Shown here one piece after another: positions 1 through 9,545 of a stretch of DNA of 64,000 bases. The number at the start of each line of letters is the position of its first letter. Positions within the stretch are counted from its first letter, which is position 1. This stretch comes from an uncultured Gemmatimonadales bacterium (GTDB lineage Bacteria > Gemmatimonadota > Gemmatimonadetes > Longimicrobiales > Longimicrobiaceae): the NCBI GenBank assembly GCA_963716255.1, contig OY970303.1, forward strand, positions 1,888,001 through 1,952,000, in the 5' to 3' direction. The notes beneath the pieces were generated by a model. It did no database searches and was not told the origin of the DNA. It worked only from the letters and a program-made list of their open reading frames with translations. The translations under genes were made by a program, and so were the position numbers.

Positions 1-57
1 GCGGGCTTACGGAGCCGAAGCCCGACCCCGGCGACAGCCGGGGGCACGCCCGAACCC
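1..57 (+). repeat. Structured intergenic repeat family A, 3' half (truncated by window edge)
   Basis: TTACGGAGCCGAAGCCCGACCCCGGC-gaca-GCCGGGGGCACGCCC matches the 3' part of the copies at 5171, 30495, 41897, 45598 and 63045. Confidence 0.85.
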
Positions 58-97
58 GCCGTCATCGTCAGAGCCGTCGCCATCGGAGCCGTCACCG

Positions 98-1816
98 TCA
101 GACCCTGGCGCCCTCCGGAACGGGAGCGGTGCGCAGGTCCTTGCGCAGGATCTTGCCGATGGGCGTCTTCGGCAGCTCGGTGCGGAACTCGATCTGCTTG
201 GGGATCTTGTACGGGGCGAGCGACTCGCGGCAGTGGGCCACCAGCGCCTCCTCGGTGACGGCGGGATCCTTCTTGACCACGAACGCCTTGACCGCCTCGC
301 CGGTGCGGTCGTCGGGGACGCCGATCACTCCCACCTCCTGCACCCCCGGGTGGCGGGAAAGGCATTCCTCCACCTCGTTGGGATACACGTTGAAGCCGCT
401 CACCAGGACCATGTCCTTCTTGCGGTCCACGATGCGGAAGTACCCCTCCTCGTCCATCACCGCCACGTCTCCCGTGAACAGCCACCCGTCGCGGATCGCG
501 CGGGCGGTCTCCTCCGGGCGGCGCCAGTAGCCGAGCATCACCTGCGGCCCCTGCGTCACCAGCTCCCCGGGCTCGCCCTGCGCCAGCGGGACCCCCGACT
601 CGTCCACGCAGCGCACGTCGGTGGAGGGCATGGGGATCCCGATGGTGCCGTCCTTGACCTTGCCGCCCATGGGGTTGAAGCTGACCACCGGCGACGCCTC
701 GGTGAGGCCGTACCCCTCCACCACCGGCGTTCCCGTCACCTGGTGCCAGCGCTCCGCCACCGAGCTGTGCAGCGCCATGCCGCCGGCCACCGAGGCGTTC
801 AGCGTGCGCGGTGGGTTCTGCGCGAACCAGGGCTCGTTCAGCAGGGCGTTGAAGAGCGTGTTCACGCCCGTGAACCAGGTGACGCGGTAGTTCTCCCAGA
901 CCTTTTTCAGGTTGGCGGGTGGACGGGGCGACGGGACCAGCAGGTTGTGCCCGCCCATCTGGTAGAAGCCCAGGAAGTTCACCGTGAAGGCGAAGATGTG
1001 GTACAGCGGCAGCGCCGTCAGCACCGTTTCCACCCCCGACTTGAGGCGCGGCCCCGCCATCTCCAGCATCTGCGCCGTGTTCGCCAGCAGGTTGCCGTGC
1101 GAGAGCATGGCGCCCTTGGACACGCCGGTGGTCCCGCCCGTGTACTGGAGCGCGGCCAGCGTGCCGTGCTCCACCCCCGCGAGGTAGCCCTGCAGGTCCA
1201 CCCCGGCCTTCAGCCGCTCGCGCCCGGCGGTCAGCGCGGCCTGGAAGGTGGTGTGCGGCACCGTGGTGGGCGGGATCTGCTTCTTCAGGTACTTGAGCAC
1301 CGTGCGGACGATCATCGCCTGCAGCGCCGGGAAGAACTCGGTGATGCGCACCGTCACCACCGTCTCCACCTGGGTCTTGGGGAGCACGGCGGGGAGGCGG
1401 TCGGCGAACATGTCGATGATCACCAGCACCCGCGCCTGCGAGTCCGAGAACTGGTGCACCATCTCCGGCGGCGTGTACAGCGGGTTGGTGTTCACCAGCA
1501 CGCACCCCGCCTTGAGGATGCCGATGATCACCACCGGGTACGCCAGGCAGTTGGGCATCTGCACCGCCACCCGGTCGCCGGCGTCCAGCCCCAGCCGCCC
1601 GCGCAGGTACGCCGCGAACTCGTCCGAGAGGCGGTCCACCTGCGCGTAGGTGAGAGAGGCGGCCATGCCGTTGGGCATGACCTGCGTGAACGCCGTGGAG
1701 GAGGCGTAGCGGGAAGCCGACTGGCGAGCCATGTCCGCCAGGCTCCGGAATGGGATCGGCGGGATCTCGGGACGGGTGCCTTCAGCGTAATGGGAGACCC
1801 ACGGACGGTCGCTCAT
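98..1816 (-). CDS. Long-chain-fatty-acid--CoA ligase (AMP-binding family)
   Basis: YTGGTTGVSKG P-loop, EGYGLTE, TGD, RKKDMVLVSGFNVYPNEVE and PKTPIGKILR motifs; ATG 1816 (MSDRPW) follows GAGGAGG. Confidence 0.93.
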   Translation of the reverse strand: MSDRPWVSHYAEGTRPEIPPIPFRSLADMARQSASRYASSTAFTQVMPNGMAASLTYAQVDRLSDEFAAYLRGRLGLDAGDRVAVQMPNCLAYPVVIIGILKAGCVLVNTNPLYTPPEMVHQFSDSQARVLVIIDMFADRLPAVLPKTQVETVVTVRITEFFPALQAMIVRTVLKYLKKQIPPTTVPHTTFQAALTAGRERLKAGVDLQGYLAGVEHGTLAALQYTGGTTGVSKGAMLSHGNLLANTAQMLEMAGPRLKSGVETVLTALPLYHIFAFTVNFLGFYQMGGHNLLVPSPRPPANLKKVWENYRVTWFTGVNTLFNALLNEPWFAQNPPRTLNASVAGGMALHSSVAERWHQVTGTPVVEGYGLTEASPVVSFNPMGGKVKDGTIGIPMPSTDVRCVDESGVPLAQGEPGELVTQGPQVMLGYWRRPEETARAIRDGWLFTGDVAVMDEEGYFRIVDRKKDMVLVSGFNVYPNEVEECLSRHPGVQEVGVIGVPDDRTGEAVKAFVVKKDPAVTEEALVAHCRESLAPYKIPKQIEFRTELPKTPIGKILRKDLRTAPVPEGARV

Positions 1817-2022
1817 CCTGCCCTCCTCTGGCTGGGGCTCCCCGGGACGCGCCGGAGGGCGCGGGGAGCGGTGGGGACCTCTTCCGCGGAGCGCGCAGGC
1901 CGCTCCGGCGGGATCCGGGACGATGGTGCTGGGGCGCCCTTGCGGGCGCGAAGGACTCGCTTGCCCCTCCATCATAGACGCGGCCGGAGAATACGGAAAG
2001 TGCCCCGTGCGCCGCGCCCATG

Positions 2023-2058
2023 AAAAAGGGGAGGCGCCGCGCGGCGCCTCCCCCGTTT
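2023..2058 (-). terminator. Intrinsic terminator after the flotillin gene
   Basis: GGGGAGGCGCC-gcgc-GGCGCCTCCCC hairpin; the A-run at 2023-2027 is the U-tract on the minus strand. Confidence 0.75.
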
Positions 2059-2062
2059 CCTT

Positions 2063-3751
2063 CTACTCCGCCGCCGCGACCACGTCCGAGGCGCGGGCCG
2101 GCGCCCGCCCGTCGGCGGGGACCGACCGGTCGTCGGGCGAGGGCGGAGCCCCCCGCGAGGCCAGGGCCCGCTTCACCTCGTCCGACGCGGCCGCGCCGCC
2201 GGCCGTCGACCCTTCCTCCACCAGCTTGCCGAACATCGCCGGCAGCTCCACCCCGCCGATCTCCTGGATCACCTGCATCATGGGGGGCAGGGTGCGGGCC
2301 ATGTTGTTGAGGAACCCGGACGTGGCGCTGGTGCCGTTCCCGCCGCCCTCCCAGACCACCACCTTGTCGAACTTGATCCCGGAGATCGCCAGCGCCGCCG
2401 TCTCCGCCAGGTTGTCCACGTGCTCCAGCATGAGGAGCTGGAAGGCCTCCTTGGAGCCGCCGCAGGCGGCCACGATCTCGCGCAGGCCTTCGGCCTTCTT
2501 GGCCAGCATCTCGTACTGGCCGCGGGCCTCCGCCTCCAGCCGCGCGAAGGTCGCCGCCGCCTCGGCCTGCGCCGAGATGCGCCGCTTCTCCGCGTCCGCC
2601 TCAGCCTCCACGATGGTGCGGGCCTTCTCCGCCTTTGCGGGGGCCTCCAGCTCGGCGCGGCGCTCCGCCTCCACCCGCTCGGCGTCGGCGAGCGCCGCGC
2701 GGGCCATGGCGCGGTTCTGCGCTTCCTGCACCGCGGCCTCCGCCTCCCGCTTCCGCGTCTCGGAGAGCTGGTAGGCCTCGGCCTGCCTCACCTGGAGCTC
2801 CGCCTGCGTGGCCGCGATCGTCGCCTGCGCGGTCGCCTCGCCCGCGATGGCCTTCGCGTCGGCGCTGGCCACGGCGATGCGCTTGATCTGCTCCGCCTCC
2901 TTGACCTGCATCTCCCGCTGGAACGAGGCCGTCTGCTCGCCGATCTTCTGCTCCTTTTCCAGCTCCGCCACGCGCACCGCCTGCTCGCGCTGCGCCTCGC
3001 GGATGCCGATCTCCCGCTCCTTGCTGGCGTTGGCGACCTTGACCACCTTCTCGCGCTCCGCCTCCGCCACGCGCACCTCGCCCAGCTTCTCCTGCTCGGC
3101 CACGTCGCCGCGTGCCTTCTGCACCGCCTCCGCCGCCGCCTTGCGCCCGATCGCCTCGATGTAGCCCGAGTCGTCGCGAAGGTCGGTGATGTTCACGTTG
3201 ATCAGCACCAGGCCGATCTTCTTCAACTCCGGCTCCAGCGACTGCTGCACCTTGTGCAGGAAGCCGTCGCGGTCGCGGTTGATCTCCTCGATGCGCATGG
3301 AGGCGATCACCTGCCGGAGCTGGCCGAAGATGATGTCCGTGGCCTGCTTGGTGATGGAGGCGTGGTCCGACCCCAGCAGTCGGATCGCCGCGTTCTGCCG
3401 CACGTCCGGCTCGGTGCCGATGGCGACGGTGAACACGCTGGGCACCGCCACGCGGATGTTCTCGAAGGAGAGCGCGTCCTTGAGCGGGATGTTGATCTGG
3501 ATGGGCTCCAGGTCCAGGTAGGCGTACTCCTGGATCACCGGCCACACGAAAGTGCCGCCTCCCGAGATGCACTTGGCCGAGTTGCCGCCGCTGACCCGCC
3601 CGGAGATCACCAGCACCTTGTTGGCCGGGCAGCGCTTGTATCGCGAGACGAAGAGGAAGACGAGCCCCAGCCCCACGGCGAGCACGGCCATCAGGCCCCC
3701 CGTCGCCACGAAGGGAAGCGGGATCTGGATCAGGGCAAAAGTGCTAGGCAT
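2063..3751 (-). CDS. SPFH/flotillin family protein
   Basis: N-terminal TM helix, SPFH domain (RYKRCPANKVLVISG...GGGTFVWPVIQ), long EA-rich coiled coil, IKFDKVVVW tail; follows an NfeD gene. Confidence 0.92.
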   Translation of the reverse strand: MPSTFALIQIPLPFVATGGLMAVLAVGLGLVFLFVSRYKRCPANKVLVISGRVSGGNSAKCISGGGTFVWPVIQEYAYLDLEPIQINIPLKDALSFENIRVAVPSVFTVAIGTEPDVRQNAAIRLLGSDHASITKQATDIIFGQLRQVIASMRIEEINRDRDGFLHKVQQSLEPELKKIGLVLINVNITDLRDDSGYIEAIGRKAAAEAVQKARGDVAEQEKLGEVRVAEAEREKVVKVANASKEREIGIREAQREQAVRVAELEKEQKIGEQTASFQREMQVKEAEQIKRIAVASADAKAIAGEATAQATIAATQAELQVRQAEAYQLSETRKREAEAAVQEAQNRAMARAALADAERVEAERRAELEAPAKAEKARTIVEAEADAEKRRISAQAEAAATFARLEAEARGQYEMLAKKAEGLREIVAACGGSKEAFQLLMLEHVDNLAETAALAISGIKFDKVVVWEGGGNGTSATSGFLNNMARTLPPMMQVIQEIGGVELPAMFGKLVEEGSTAGGAAASDEVKRALASRGAPPSPDDRSVPADGRAPARASDVVAAAE

Positions 3752-4301
3752 CGAGAAGACCTCCGAGGTCGGGTGAGGGGACGACTTCGACGGTGTCGGG
3801 ACCGACCACGTCCACGACCACCACCTGTGCACCCGTGGGAAGGGGGTGCGAGGAAAGGGCCTGGTACTCCACCAGGCGGTCCTGCAGCCGCAGGTGCACC
3901 TTGCCCATCCCGGCGCGCCCGCCGGGGATGCTCAGGTACACGGTGGCGGGCTCGCCGACGGCCCGCTCGATGAGCACGGTCCCGTCGCTCTCCATGCGCA
4001 GGAGCGCCCGCATGGCCGCGGCCACGCCGACCGCCGCCCCGGCCCCCATGAGCAGCGCGAGCGGAATCGCCGCCACGAGCCCCAGCGGCGTGGCGTACCC
4101 GGCCAGCCCGCCGATGCCGAAGAAGGTGAGCCCCGCGGTCAGCGCACGGACGCTCAGCAGGTTGAGCCCTTCGGCGCCGTCGGTGTGGATGTCCAGGTGC
4201 GGCACGTCCACGCCGTGGTCCATCCCGAGAAGGCTCAGGAGGATCTGCAGCAGAAGGACGGCACCTCCGAGGACGGCGCAGGCCAGGAAGAGGGTTTCCA
4301 C
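3744..4301 (-). CDS. NfeD-like membrane protein (short NfeD, C-terminal OB fold)
   Basis: Hydrophobic N-terminus plus G-x-V-Y-x-x-IP...GKV...LPTGAQVVVV OB fold; overlaps the flotillin start as in the known NfeD-SPFH pairing; GTG start inferred. Confidence 0.85.
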   Translation of the reverse strand: METLFLACAVLGGAVLLLQILLSLLGMDHGVDVPHLDIHTDGAEGLNLLSVRALTAGLTFFGIGGLAGYATPLGLVAAIPLALLMGAGAAVGVAAAMRALLRMESDGTVLIERAVGEPATVYLSIPGGRAGMGKVHLRLQDRLVEYQALSSHPLPTGAQVVVVDVVGPDTVEVVPSPDLGGLLDA

Positions 4302-4472
4302 GTTGCGGAAGGGCGGCGGGTGGGACGCGGAACGGGCGCAGCGCGCCAAAAGTTCCGCGTCGGAAAGGTACCGGCCGGCAGCGGCCGCGTCAACCTGAAG
4401 ACAATACGCGTACGGGAGATGAAAGGTGTCGGGCCGCTCCAGGAACGGCTGTCCCGGGGGGCCGGGCCGAGG

Positions 4473-5147
4473 TCAGGCGATCGCGCGGCGGGCGGCGGCG
4501 AACACGTCGTCCAGCATCTCCGGGGTGAGGCGCCCGGTGAAGGTGTTCTGCTGGCTGGGGTGGTACGAGCCCACCAGGGTGAGCCCCCCCGGGAGGGGAA
4601 TCACCACCGCGTGGCCGAACTTCGGCTGCGGGACGGGAACGGCGTGGCCCCCCTCGCGCAGCAGGCGCAGGAGCTGGCCCCAGGCAAAGCCTCCCAGCGC
4701 GACGATCGCGCGCAGCTCCGGGAGGGCCCGGAGCTCGCGGAGCACCCAGGGTGCGCAGGCGTCGCGCTCCTCCGGGGTGGGGAGGTTGTCGGGCGGGGCG
4801 CACTTCACCGCGGCGGTCACCCAGGCGCCCCGCAGCGTCAGCCCGTCGCCGGCGTGCTCGGAGGTGGGCTGGCTGGCGAACCCGGCGCGGTGCATGGCCG
4901 CGAACAGCCAGTCGCCCGAGCGGTCGCCCGTGAACACGCGCCCGGTGCGGTTTGCGCCGTGCGCCGCCGGCGCCAGCCCGAACACCAGCAGCCGCGCCGC
5001 CGGGTCGCCGAACCCCGGAACGGGGCGGGCCCAGTAGTCCTGGTCGCGAAAGGCACGGCGCTTCTCGCGCCCTACTCGCTCCCGCCACTCCACCAGCCGC
5101 GGGCATTTCCGGCACCCGGTCACCTCGTCGTGCAGCACGTTCAGCAT
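4473..5147 (-). CDS. Uracil-DNA glycosylase family 5 (UdgB-like, Fe-S)
   Basis: [33 protein letters not shown] and SYHPSQQN motifs. Confidence 0.92.
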   Translation of the reverse strand: MLNVLHDEVTGCRKCPRLVEWRERVGREKRRAFRDQDYWARPVPGFGDPAARLLVFGLAPAAHGANRTGRVFTGDRSGDWLFAAMHRAGFASQPTSEHAGDGLTLRGAWVTAAVKCAPPDNLPTPEERDACAPWVLRELRALPELRAIVALGGFAWGQLLRLLREGGHAVPVPQPKFGHAVVIPLPGGLTLVGSYHPSQQNTFTGRLTPEMLDDVFAAARRAIA

Positions 5148-5170
5148 CGTTGCTTCTTTGAAGAGCGGGG

Positions 5171-5302
5171 TTTGGGCGTGCCCCCGGCTGGCGCCGGGGT
5201 CGGGCTTCGGCTCCGTAACGCACGATAAAACCGTGCGTAACGGAGTCGAGCCCCGGCAAACTGCCGTCGGGTCTCGACCCTTCGGGCCGAAATCCCTCAC
5301 GC
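5171..5302 (-). repeat. Structured intergenic repeat family A (full copy)
   Basis: Reverse complement of GCGTGAGGGATTTCGGCCCGAAGG...GGGCACGCCCAAA. Confidence 0.9.
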
Positions 5303-5333
5303 GGGGCTCGCGCGGGCGTCCGGCATGCAGAAC

Positions 5334-5363
5334 TCCCCACCCTCCTGGCGGAGGGTGGGGAGC
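5334..5363. repeat. GC-rich palindrome (terminator or REP-like)
   Basis: CTCCCCACCCTCC-tggc-GGAGGGTGGGGAG perfect stem downstream of the 5398 gene. Confidence 0.6.
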
Positions 5364-5397
5364 CGTTATTCCTTCCGCTGGCGGGGCCCGGCGTGCC

Positions 5398-6528
5398 CTA
5401 CCGGCGGGCGGGGGGCTCCGAGGAGCGGGGCTCCGGCCGGACCGACTCCACGCGCGGGGGCTCGGGGCGGGGCGCCTCCACGCGGGGGGCGGGGTCGCTG
5501 CGGGGCTCCGGGCGGCTCGACTCCACCCGCGGCTCCGCGCGGCGCTCCACCTGCGGCTCCGGGCGCGAGTCGGCGTCGCCCGTCACGGGCTCGGACCTGC
5601 GCTCCGCGCGCTGCGAGTCGCCGCTGCGGTCCCAGGGGGCGTCGGTGGAGCGGCCTTCGGGGAGCCGCTCGGGCACGCGCACCCCGGGACGGCGCGCCGG
5701 CTCCGGTTCCGGGATCCTTTCCACCACCGCGGGCGGCGGAGCGGGTGTAGCCCCCACATCCACGCCCGGCTCCTGCGGCTCCGGGCGGCGCCGCGACGGC
5801 GGCTTGACGGCGCCCGAGTCCGGGCGCTGCGGGTCGGGCTCCTGCGCCAGCGGCGGGACGTCGTTCTGCAGGGCGCAGCCGCCGTACACGTAGTAGGCCG
5901 GCCCCTGGATGATCCGCCCGTCCTGGCACTGCACGCGGATCCACTGCATCGCCTCGTAGTCGCCGCCGTAGCTGCGCTCCGGATGCACCACGTACACGTC
6001 GTCCGACCAGTCGCCGGCCTCGCCGTAGGGGAGCACCAGCTCCGCCAGGTTCTCCATCAGCCCGTACGGGTTCCCGGAAGCGTAGCGCGACATCCCCAGC
6101 GAGCGCCGCAGCGCGCCCGGCGCGCCCAGGAAGCTCCCCAGCCGCAGCGGCGCGTCGGAAGCGATCATGTACAGGTAGCGCGCGCCCCCCCGCGACGTCG
6201 ACGTGAAGAACGGCGCCGGCTCGAAGTACGAGTAGTAGCTGCGCGACTGCGTCAGGAAGATGCTGTTGAGCCCGCTGGACAGGTAGTTCCGCTCGCCGCG
6301 GTACGCCGGGTACAGGAGCCCCACGCCACGCCCCGGGTAGATCTCGAAGATCGCGACGTGCGCGGGGCGGTTGGTGTTGACCATCAGCCGGCCCCCGCCG
6401 TTCACGATGCGGGCGCGGAGCGGCCGTCCATCGTACTGCGCCGGGTCCAGCCCGGCGGTGGGCGGCGCAGGAAGGACCGCGCACGACGAGAGGAGAGCGA
6501 CCAGTGCGAGAGTCGAAAGAGCTCTCAT
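5398..6528 (-). CDS. Putative lipoprotein, DUF4384-like N-terminal domain with Pro/Arg/Glu-rich tail
   Basis: Signal peptide with lipobox [23 protein letters not shown] and YLYMIAS segments resemble DUF4384; low-complexity PRVE repeats at the C-terminus. Confidence 0.7.
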   Translation of the reverse strand: MRALSTLALVALLSSCAVLPAPPTAGLDPAQYDGRPLRARIVNGGGRLMVNTNRPAHVAIFEIYPGRGVGLLYPAYRGERNYLSSGLNSIFLTQSRSYYSYFEPAPFFTSTSRGGARYLYMIASDAPLRLGSFLGAPGALRRSLGMSRYASGNPYGLMENLAELVLPYGEAGDWSDDVYVVHPERSYGGDYEAMQWIRVQCQDGRIIQGPAYYVYGGCALQNDVPPLAQEPDPQRPDSGAVKPPSRRRPEPQEPGVDVGATPAPPPAVVERIPEPEPARRPGVRVPERLPEGRSTDAPWDRSGDSQRAERRSEPVTGDADSRPEPQVERRAEPRVESSRPEPRSDPAPRVEAPRPEPPRVESVRPEPRSSEPPARR

Positions 6529-6602
6529 GGCGAGACTCGCGTGAGGGTGGACGTACGGACTCTGCATACCCGCGCGGCACAGATCCGTTCGGGTCCTCCC
6601 AA

Positions 6603-6619
6603 AAGCAACAAGCATTCCC
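6603..6619 (-). promoter_or_regulatory. Candidate sigma54 -24/-12 promoter
   Basis: Minus strand GG-AATGCTTGTT-GCT (GG-N10-GC) about 75 nt upstream of ATG 6528; AT-rich IHF-like tract at about 6645-6660. Confidence 0.45.
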
Positions 6620-6745
6620 GAGGAAACGAACCCGCAAGCCCATCACAACAAATAATTTACGATCTCCGCCAACGTCCGCTCCACCCCCGGGCGCACCCCC
6701 GGGAGGACGGGCGTGTACGCGGGAGGGGACAGCCGGCCGCGTCCC

Positions 6746-7114
6746 TCAGCTGCGCCACGCCACCCAGGCCAGGAGCGCCCACCCCGCCAGCAGCGCCACC
6801 CCGCCGACCGGGGTGACGGCGCCCAGCCAACGCGCCCCGCTCAGCGCCAGGACGTACAGGCTGCCGGAAAACACCACCGTCCCGGCGACGAACGCCCACC
6901 CCGCGGCCACCGCGGCGCCGGAGGCCCACCTCTCCACCGCCCACGCCACGGCCAGGAGCGCGAGGGCGTGGTACATCTGGTAGCGCGCCCCGGTCTCGAA
7001 CACCGCCAGCAGGTCCGCCGGCAGCCGGGCCCGCAGCGCGTGGGCCCCGAACGCCCCCGCCGCCACCCCGAGCAGCCCGAACAGGCACCCCAGCACCCAG
7101 AAGGTCTTCGCCAT
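6746..7114 (-). CDS. DUF423 family membrane protein (YgdD/TMEM256-like)
   Basis: GAFGAH, FETGARYQMYHALAL, FSGSLY and TPVGG signatures. Confidence 0.92.
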   Translation of the reverse strand: MAKTFWVLGCLFGLLGVAAGAFGAHALRARLPADLLAVFETGARYQMYHALALLAVAWAVERWASGAAVAAGWAFVAGTVVFSGSLYVLALSGARWLGAVTPVGGVALLAGWALLAWVAWRS

Positions 7115-7409
7115 CAGCCGTGCATCCGCTCCCTGGATCATCGCGCACACCGGAGGATGCCCGCAAAGATGCCTGGGCCGGTCCCGCCGCGCCAGCGCCG
7201 GCACCCTCCAAAGGCCCTACCCCGGCGGGCACCCGCCGGCGCGGACGGCGGCCCACGCGACGGGACACCGCTCCTAAGTGCTGCCAGAATAGAAAGATGG
7301 AGGGCGTGCACCCTTGCAGAGGGAGCAATTGCGGGGAACGCGTCTTGCTGAGCCAGGGGCTCGAAGCGGCTCCACGCGCCCCTCGACCCGTTCCCCAGAC
7401 GCCGACCGC

Positions 7410-8117
7410 ATGACCGAGACGCGCAGAGGCTTCTCCAGGCTCCGCCACGACCACCCGGTGTTCTTCTGGGGGATGGCGACGCTGATGACGCTCTTCCTGG
7501 CCGCCACCGGCGTGGTGGCGTCGCGGATCCCTCGCTACCAGCAGGAAGCGGAAGCGCTGAACCGGCAGATGAGCGCGGCCGAGCGGGCCACGCGCGACCA
7601 GGTCCTCCAGTCGCGGGCGGCGCGCTCGGAGATGGCCGTGGCGCTGCTGCGGCGGGAGCTGCGCATCAAGGGCCAGGAGCAGACGGGGATCCACCTGGCG
7701 GTGAACACCGAGAAGAGCACGCTGGCGCTGCGCCACGGCCGCGCGACGCTGCGGGAGGTGCCGGTGCGGATCGGGCCCGACTCCGTGGTGCGCGCGCCCG
7801 ACGGACGCGCCTGGCGCTTCGTCCGCGCGCTCGGCGAGCGGACGATCCGCGACAAGCAGGTGTCGCCGGTGTACACGGTGCCGGAGTGGGTGTACGTGAG
7901 CCGCGGCCAGACCGTGCCGCCGGAGGCGCAGCGGCAGGTGGAGGGCGGGCTGGGCGAGTACGTGCTCCGGCTGGACGACGGCACCGAGATCTACAGTGAG
8001 CCGGAGGCGGGACCGCTGGCGCAGGGCGTGAAGCCGGCCGCGTTCATGGTACGCGAGGGCGACATGCGCGCCATCTTCGACGCCGTCCGGGAGGACACCC
8101 CCGTCTTCATCTACTAG
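7410..8117 (+). CDS. Membrane-anchored YkuD/L,D-transpeptidase-like protein lacking catalytic His/Cys
   Basis: TM, coiled coil and domain collinear with the downstream LDT (both end in ...VxIY); contains no Cys. Confidence 0.75.
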   Translation: MTETRRGFSRLRHDHPVFFWGMATLMTLFLAATGVVASRIPRYQQEAEALNRQMSAAERATRDQVLQSRAARSEMAVALLRRELRIKGQEQTGIHLAVNTEKSTLALRHGRATLREVPVRIGPDSVVRAPDGRAWRFVRALGERTIRDKQVSPVYTVPEWVYVSRGQTVPPEAQRQVEGGLGEYVLRLDDGTEIYSEPEAGPLAQGVKPAAFMVREGDMRAIFDAVREDTPVFIY

Positions 8118-8133
8118 CGGCGAGGAGCACCCG

Positions 8134-8985
8134 ATGGACGAACGGACCACCCGCGCGGGCACCCCCGAGCGGCGGAACTACACCCCGCCCGGGCGCCTGC
8201 GCCGCATCTTCTTCGAGAACCGCGGCGTCACGCTGGCGCTTCTCGGCGGCGTCGCCCTGCTGGCCGTGCTGTTCGTGGCGGCCACCGCCTGGGCGGTCAA
8301 CGAGCGCTACGTGCGCGACGTGGCCAGGATCGCCTACGCGCACGACATGCGCTCGCTGGAGTTCCTCGCCGAGCAGGAGCAGCGGAGCGCGGAGGAGATC
8401 GCCGGGAAGGCGCGCGAGCTGGAGGAGAAAGAGGCCGAGCTGGTACCCTCCGACAACCCGTACCTCGTGGTCTCCATCGCGGAGCGCAGGGTCAGCTACA
8501 TCCAGGGCGACGACACGCTTTTTGCCGCGCCGGTGGCCGTGGGGTCCGGGAAGACGCTGGTGCTGGGCGGGACCACCAAGCGCTTCCAGACCCCGCGCGG
8601 CAAGATGGAGATCACGCACAAGGAGCTGGACCCGGTGTGGGTGCCGCCCAACTGGCACTACGTGGAGGTCGCCCGCAGGCGCGGCCTGCGCCTGGTGGAC
8701 ATGAGCAACGCCTCGCCGGACGCGCTCGCCGGCTTCCCGGAAGGCCGCGAGCCCATCCGCGGCGGCACCATCTACATCCCGCCCTGGGGGAGCCCGCAGC
8801 GCAAGCACAAGGGCGTCCTGGGCGTCGCCAAGCTGGAGATGTACGACGGCTACTACTTCCACGGCACCGACAACGAAGCGTCCGTCGGCACCGCCGCCAG
8901 CCACGGCTGCATCCGCATGCGCAAGGACGACATCCTGTGGATGTACGACAACGTGCCCGTGGGCACGCAGGTGTACATCTACTAG
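8134..8985 (+). CDS. L,D-transpeptidase (YkuD family)
   Basis: TPRG, FHGT...ASHGCIRM catalytic motif, VPVGTQVYIY end, N-terminal TM. Confidence 0.93.
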   Translation: MDERTTRAGTPERRNYTPPGRLRRIFFENRGVTLALLGGVALLAVLFVAATAWAVNERYVRDVARIAYAHDMRSLEFLAEQEQRSAEEIAGKARELEEKEAELVPSDNPYLVVSIAERRVSYIQGDDTLFAAPVAVGSGKTLVLGGTTKRFQTPRGKMEITHKELDPVWVPPNWHYVEVARRRGLRLVDMSNASPDALAGFPEGREPIRGGTIYIPPWGSPQRKHKGVLGVAKLEMYDGYYFHGTDNEASVGTAASHGCIRMRKDDILWMYDNVPVGTQVYIY

Positions 8986-9067
8986 GGAACAGGGAACAGC
9001 CTGCGAAGGAACGGCGCCCCACCCCGAGAATCCGGGGTGGGGCGCCGTTCGCAGTTCCGCGGTACCC
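8985..9067 (+). repeat. GGGAACA heptamer tandem plus palindrome preceding repeat B
   Basis: GGGAACAGGGAACAG followed by GAACGGCGCCCCACC...GGTGGGGCGCCGTTC; second copy at 26980-27081. Confidence 0.75.
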
Positions 9068-9074
9068 ATCAGAT

Positions 9075-9210
9075 CTTCTGCGGAGGGAGACTCGCCGGCA
9101 GTTTGGCGAGGCTCCCGCAGCCGGAGCGGAGACAGCGAGGCCGTTTCCGCTGGCTCCGCGACCCGCGCAGGAGACGGACGGCAGTATCGTCCGGCTCCGG
9201 AGCGGCCCCG
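9075..9210 (+). repeat. Structured intergenic repeat family B (three GGAGAC...GGCTCC hairpins)
   Basis: CGGAGGGAGACTCGCC...GGCTCCGGAGCGGCCCC; homologous copies at 27095, 57991 and 59934(-). Confidence 0.9.
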
Positions 9211-9226
9211 ACGCAGCGCAAAAAAG

Positions 9227-9538
9227 CTACGCGTCCGGCAACCGGATCTCCGGCTTCTGCGGGTGCGCACGGTAAAGCACGGCGGTGCGCCCGATGGTCT
9301 GTACCAGGTGCGCACCCTCCACGCGCGCGGCCAGCTCCGCCCCCGCCTCGCGCACGTCGAGCGGAGCGGCCTCCTGCACCTTGACCTTGAGCAGCTCGCG
9401 GGTGTTGAAGGCGTCCTCCACCGACTGGACCGCCGCCTCCGTCACGCCTTCCTTGCCGACGTGGTGGATCGGCTTCAGGTGGTGCGCGAGCGACCTGAGG
9501 TGGGCGCGCTGCTTGGGTGTTAGGCTCTCGGTTGCGAT
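9227..9538 (-). CDS. yhbY: YhbY family RNA-binding protein (CRM domain)
   Basis: LTPKQRAHLRSLAHHLKP...VGKEG...RELLKVK...QTIGRTAVLYR; no canonical in-frame start, ATC at 9538 after GAGGG proposed. Confidence 0.88.
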   Translation of the reverse strand: MATESLTPKQRAHLRSLAHHLKPIHHVGKEGVTEAAVQSVEDAFNTRELLKVKVQEAAPLDVREAGAELAARVEGAHLVQTIGRTAVLYRAHPQKPEIRLPDA

Positions 9539-9545
9539 GGTGCCC

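Noticed and set aside
7303..7319. sigma54-like GG...TTGCA upstream of the LDT pair
   Set aside because: GG-to-GC spacing is 11 rather than the required 10.
8985..9210. Repeats considered as a CRISPR array or integron attC sites
   Set aside because: Copies are dispersed rather than regularly spaced with unique spacers; there are no cas or integrase genes and no attC-type R boxes.
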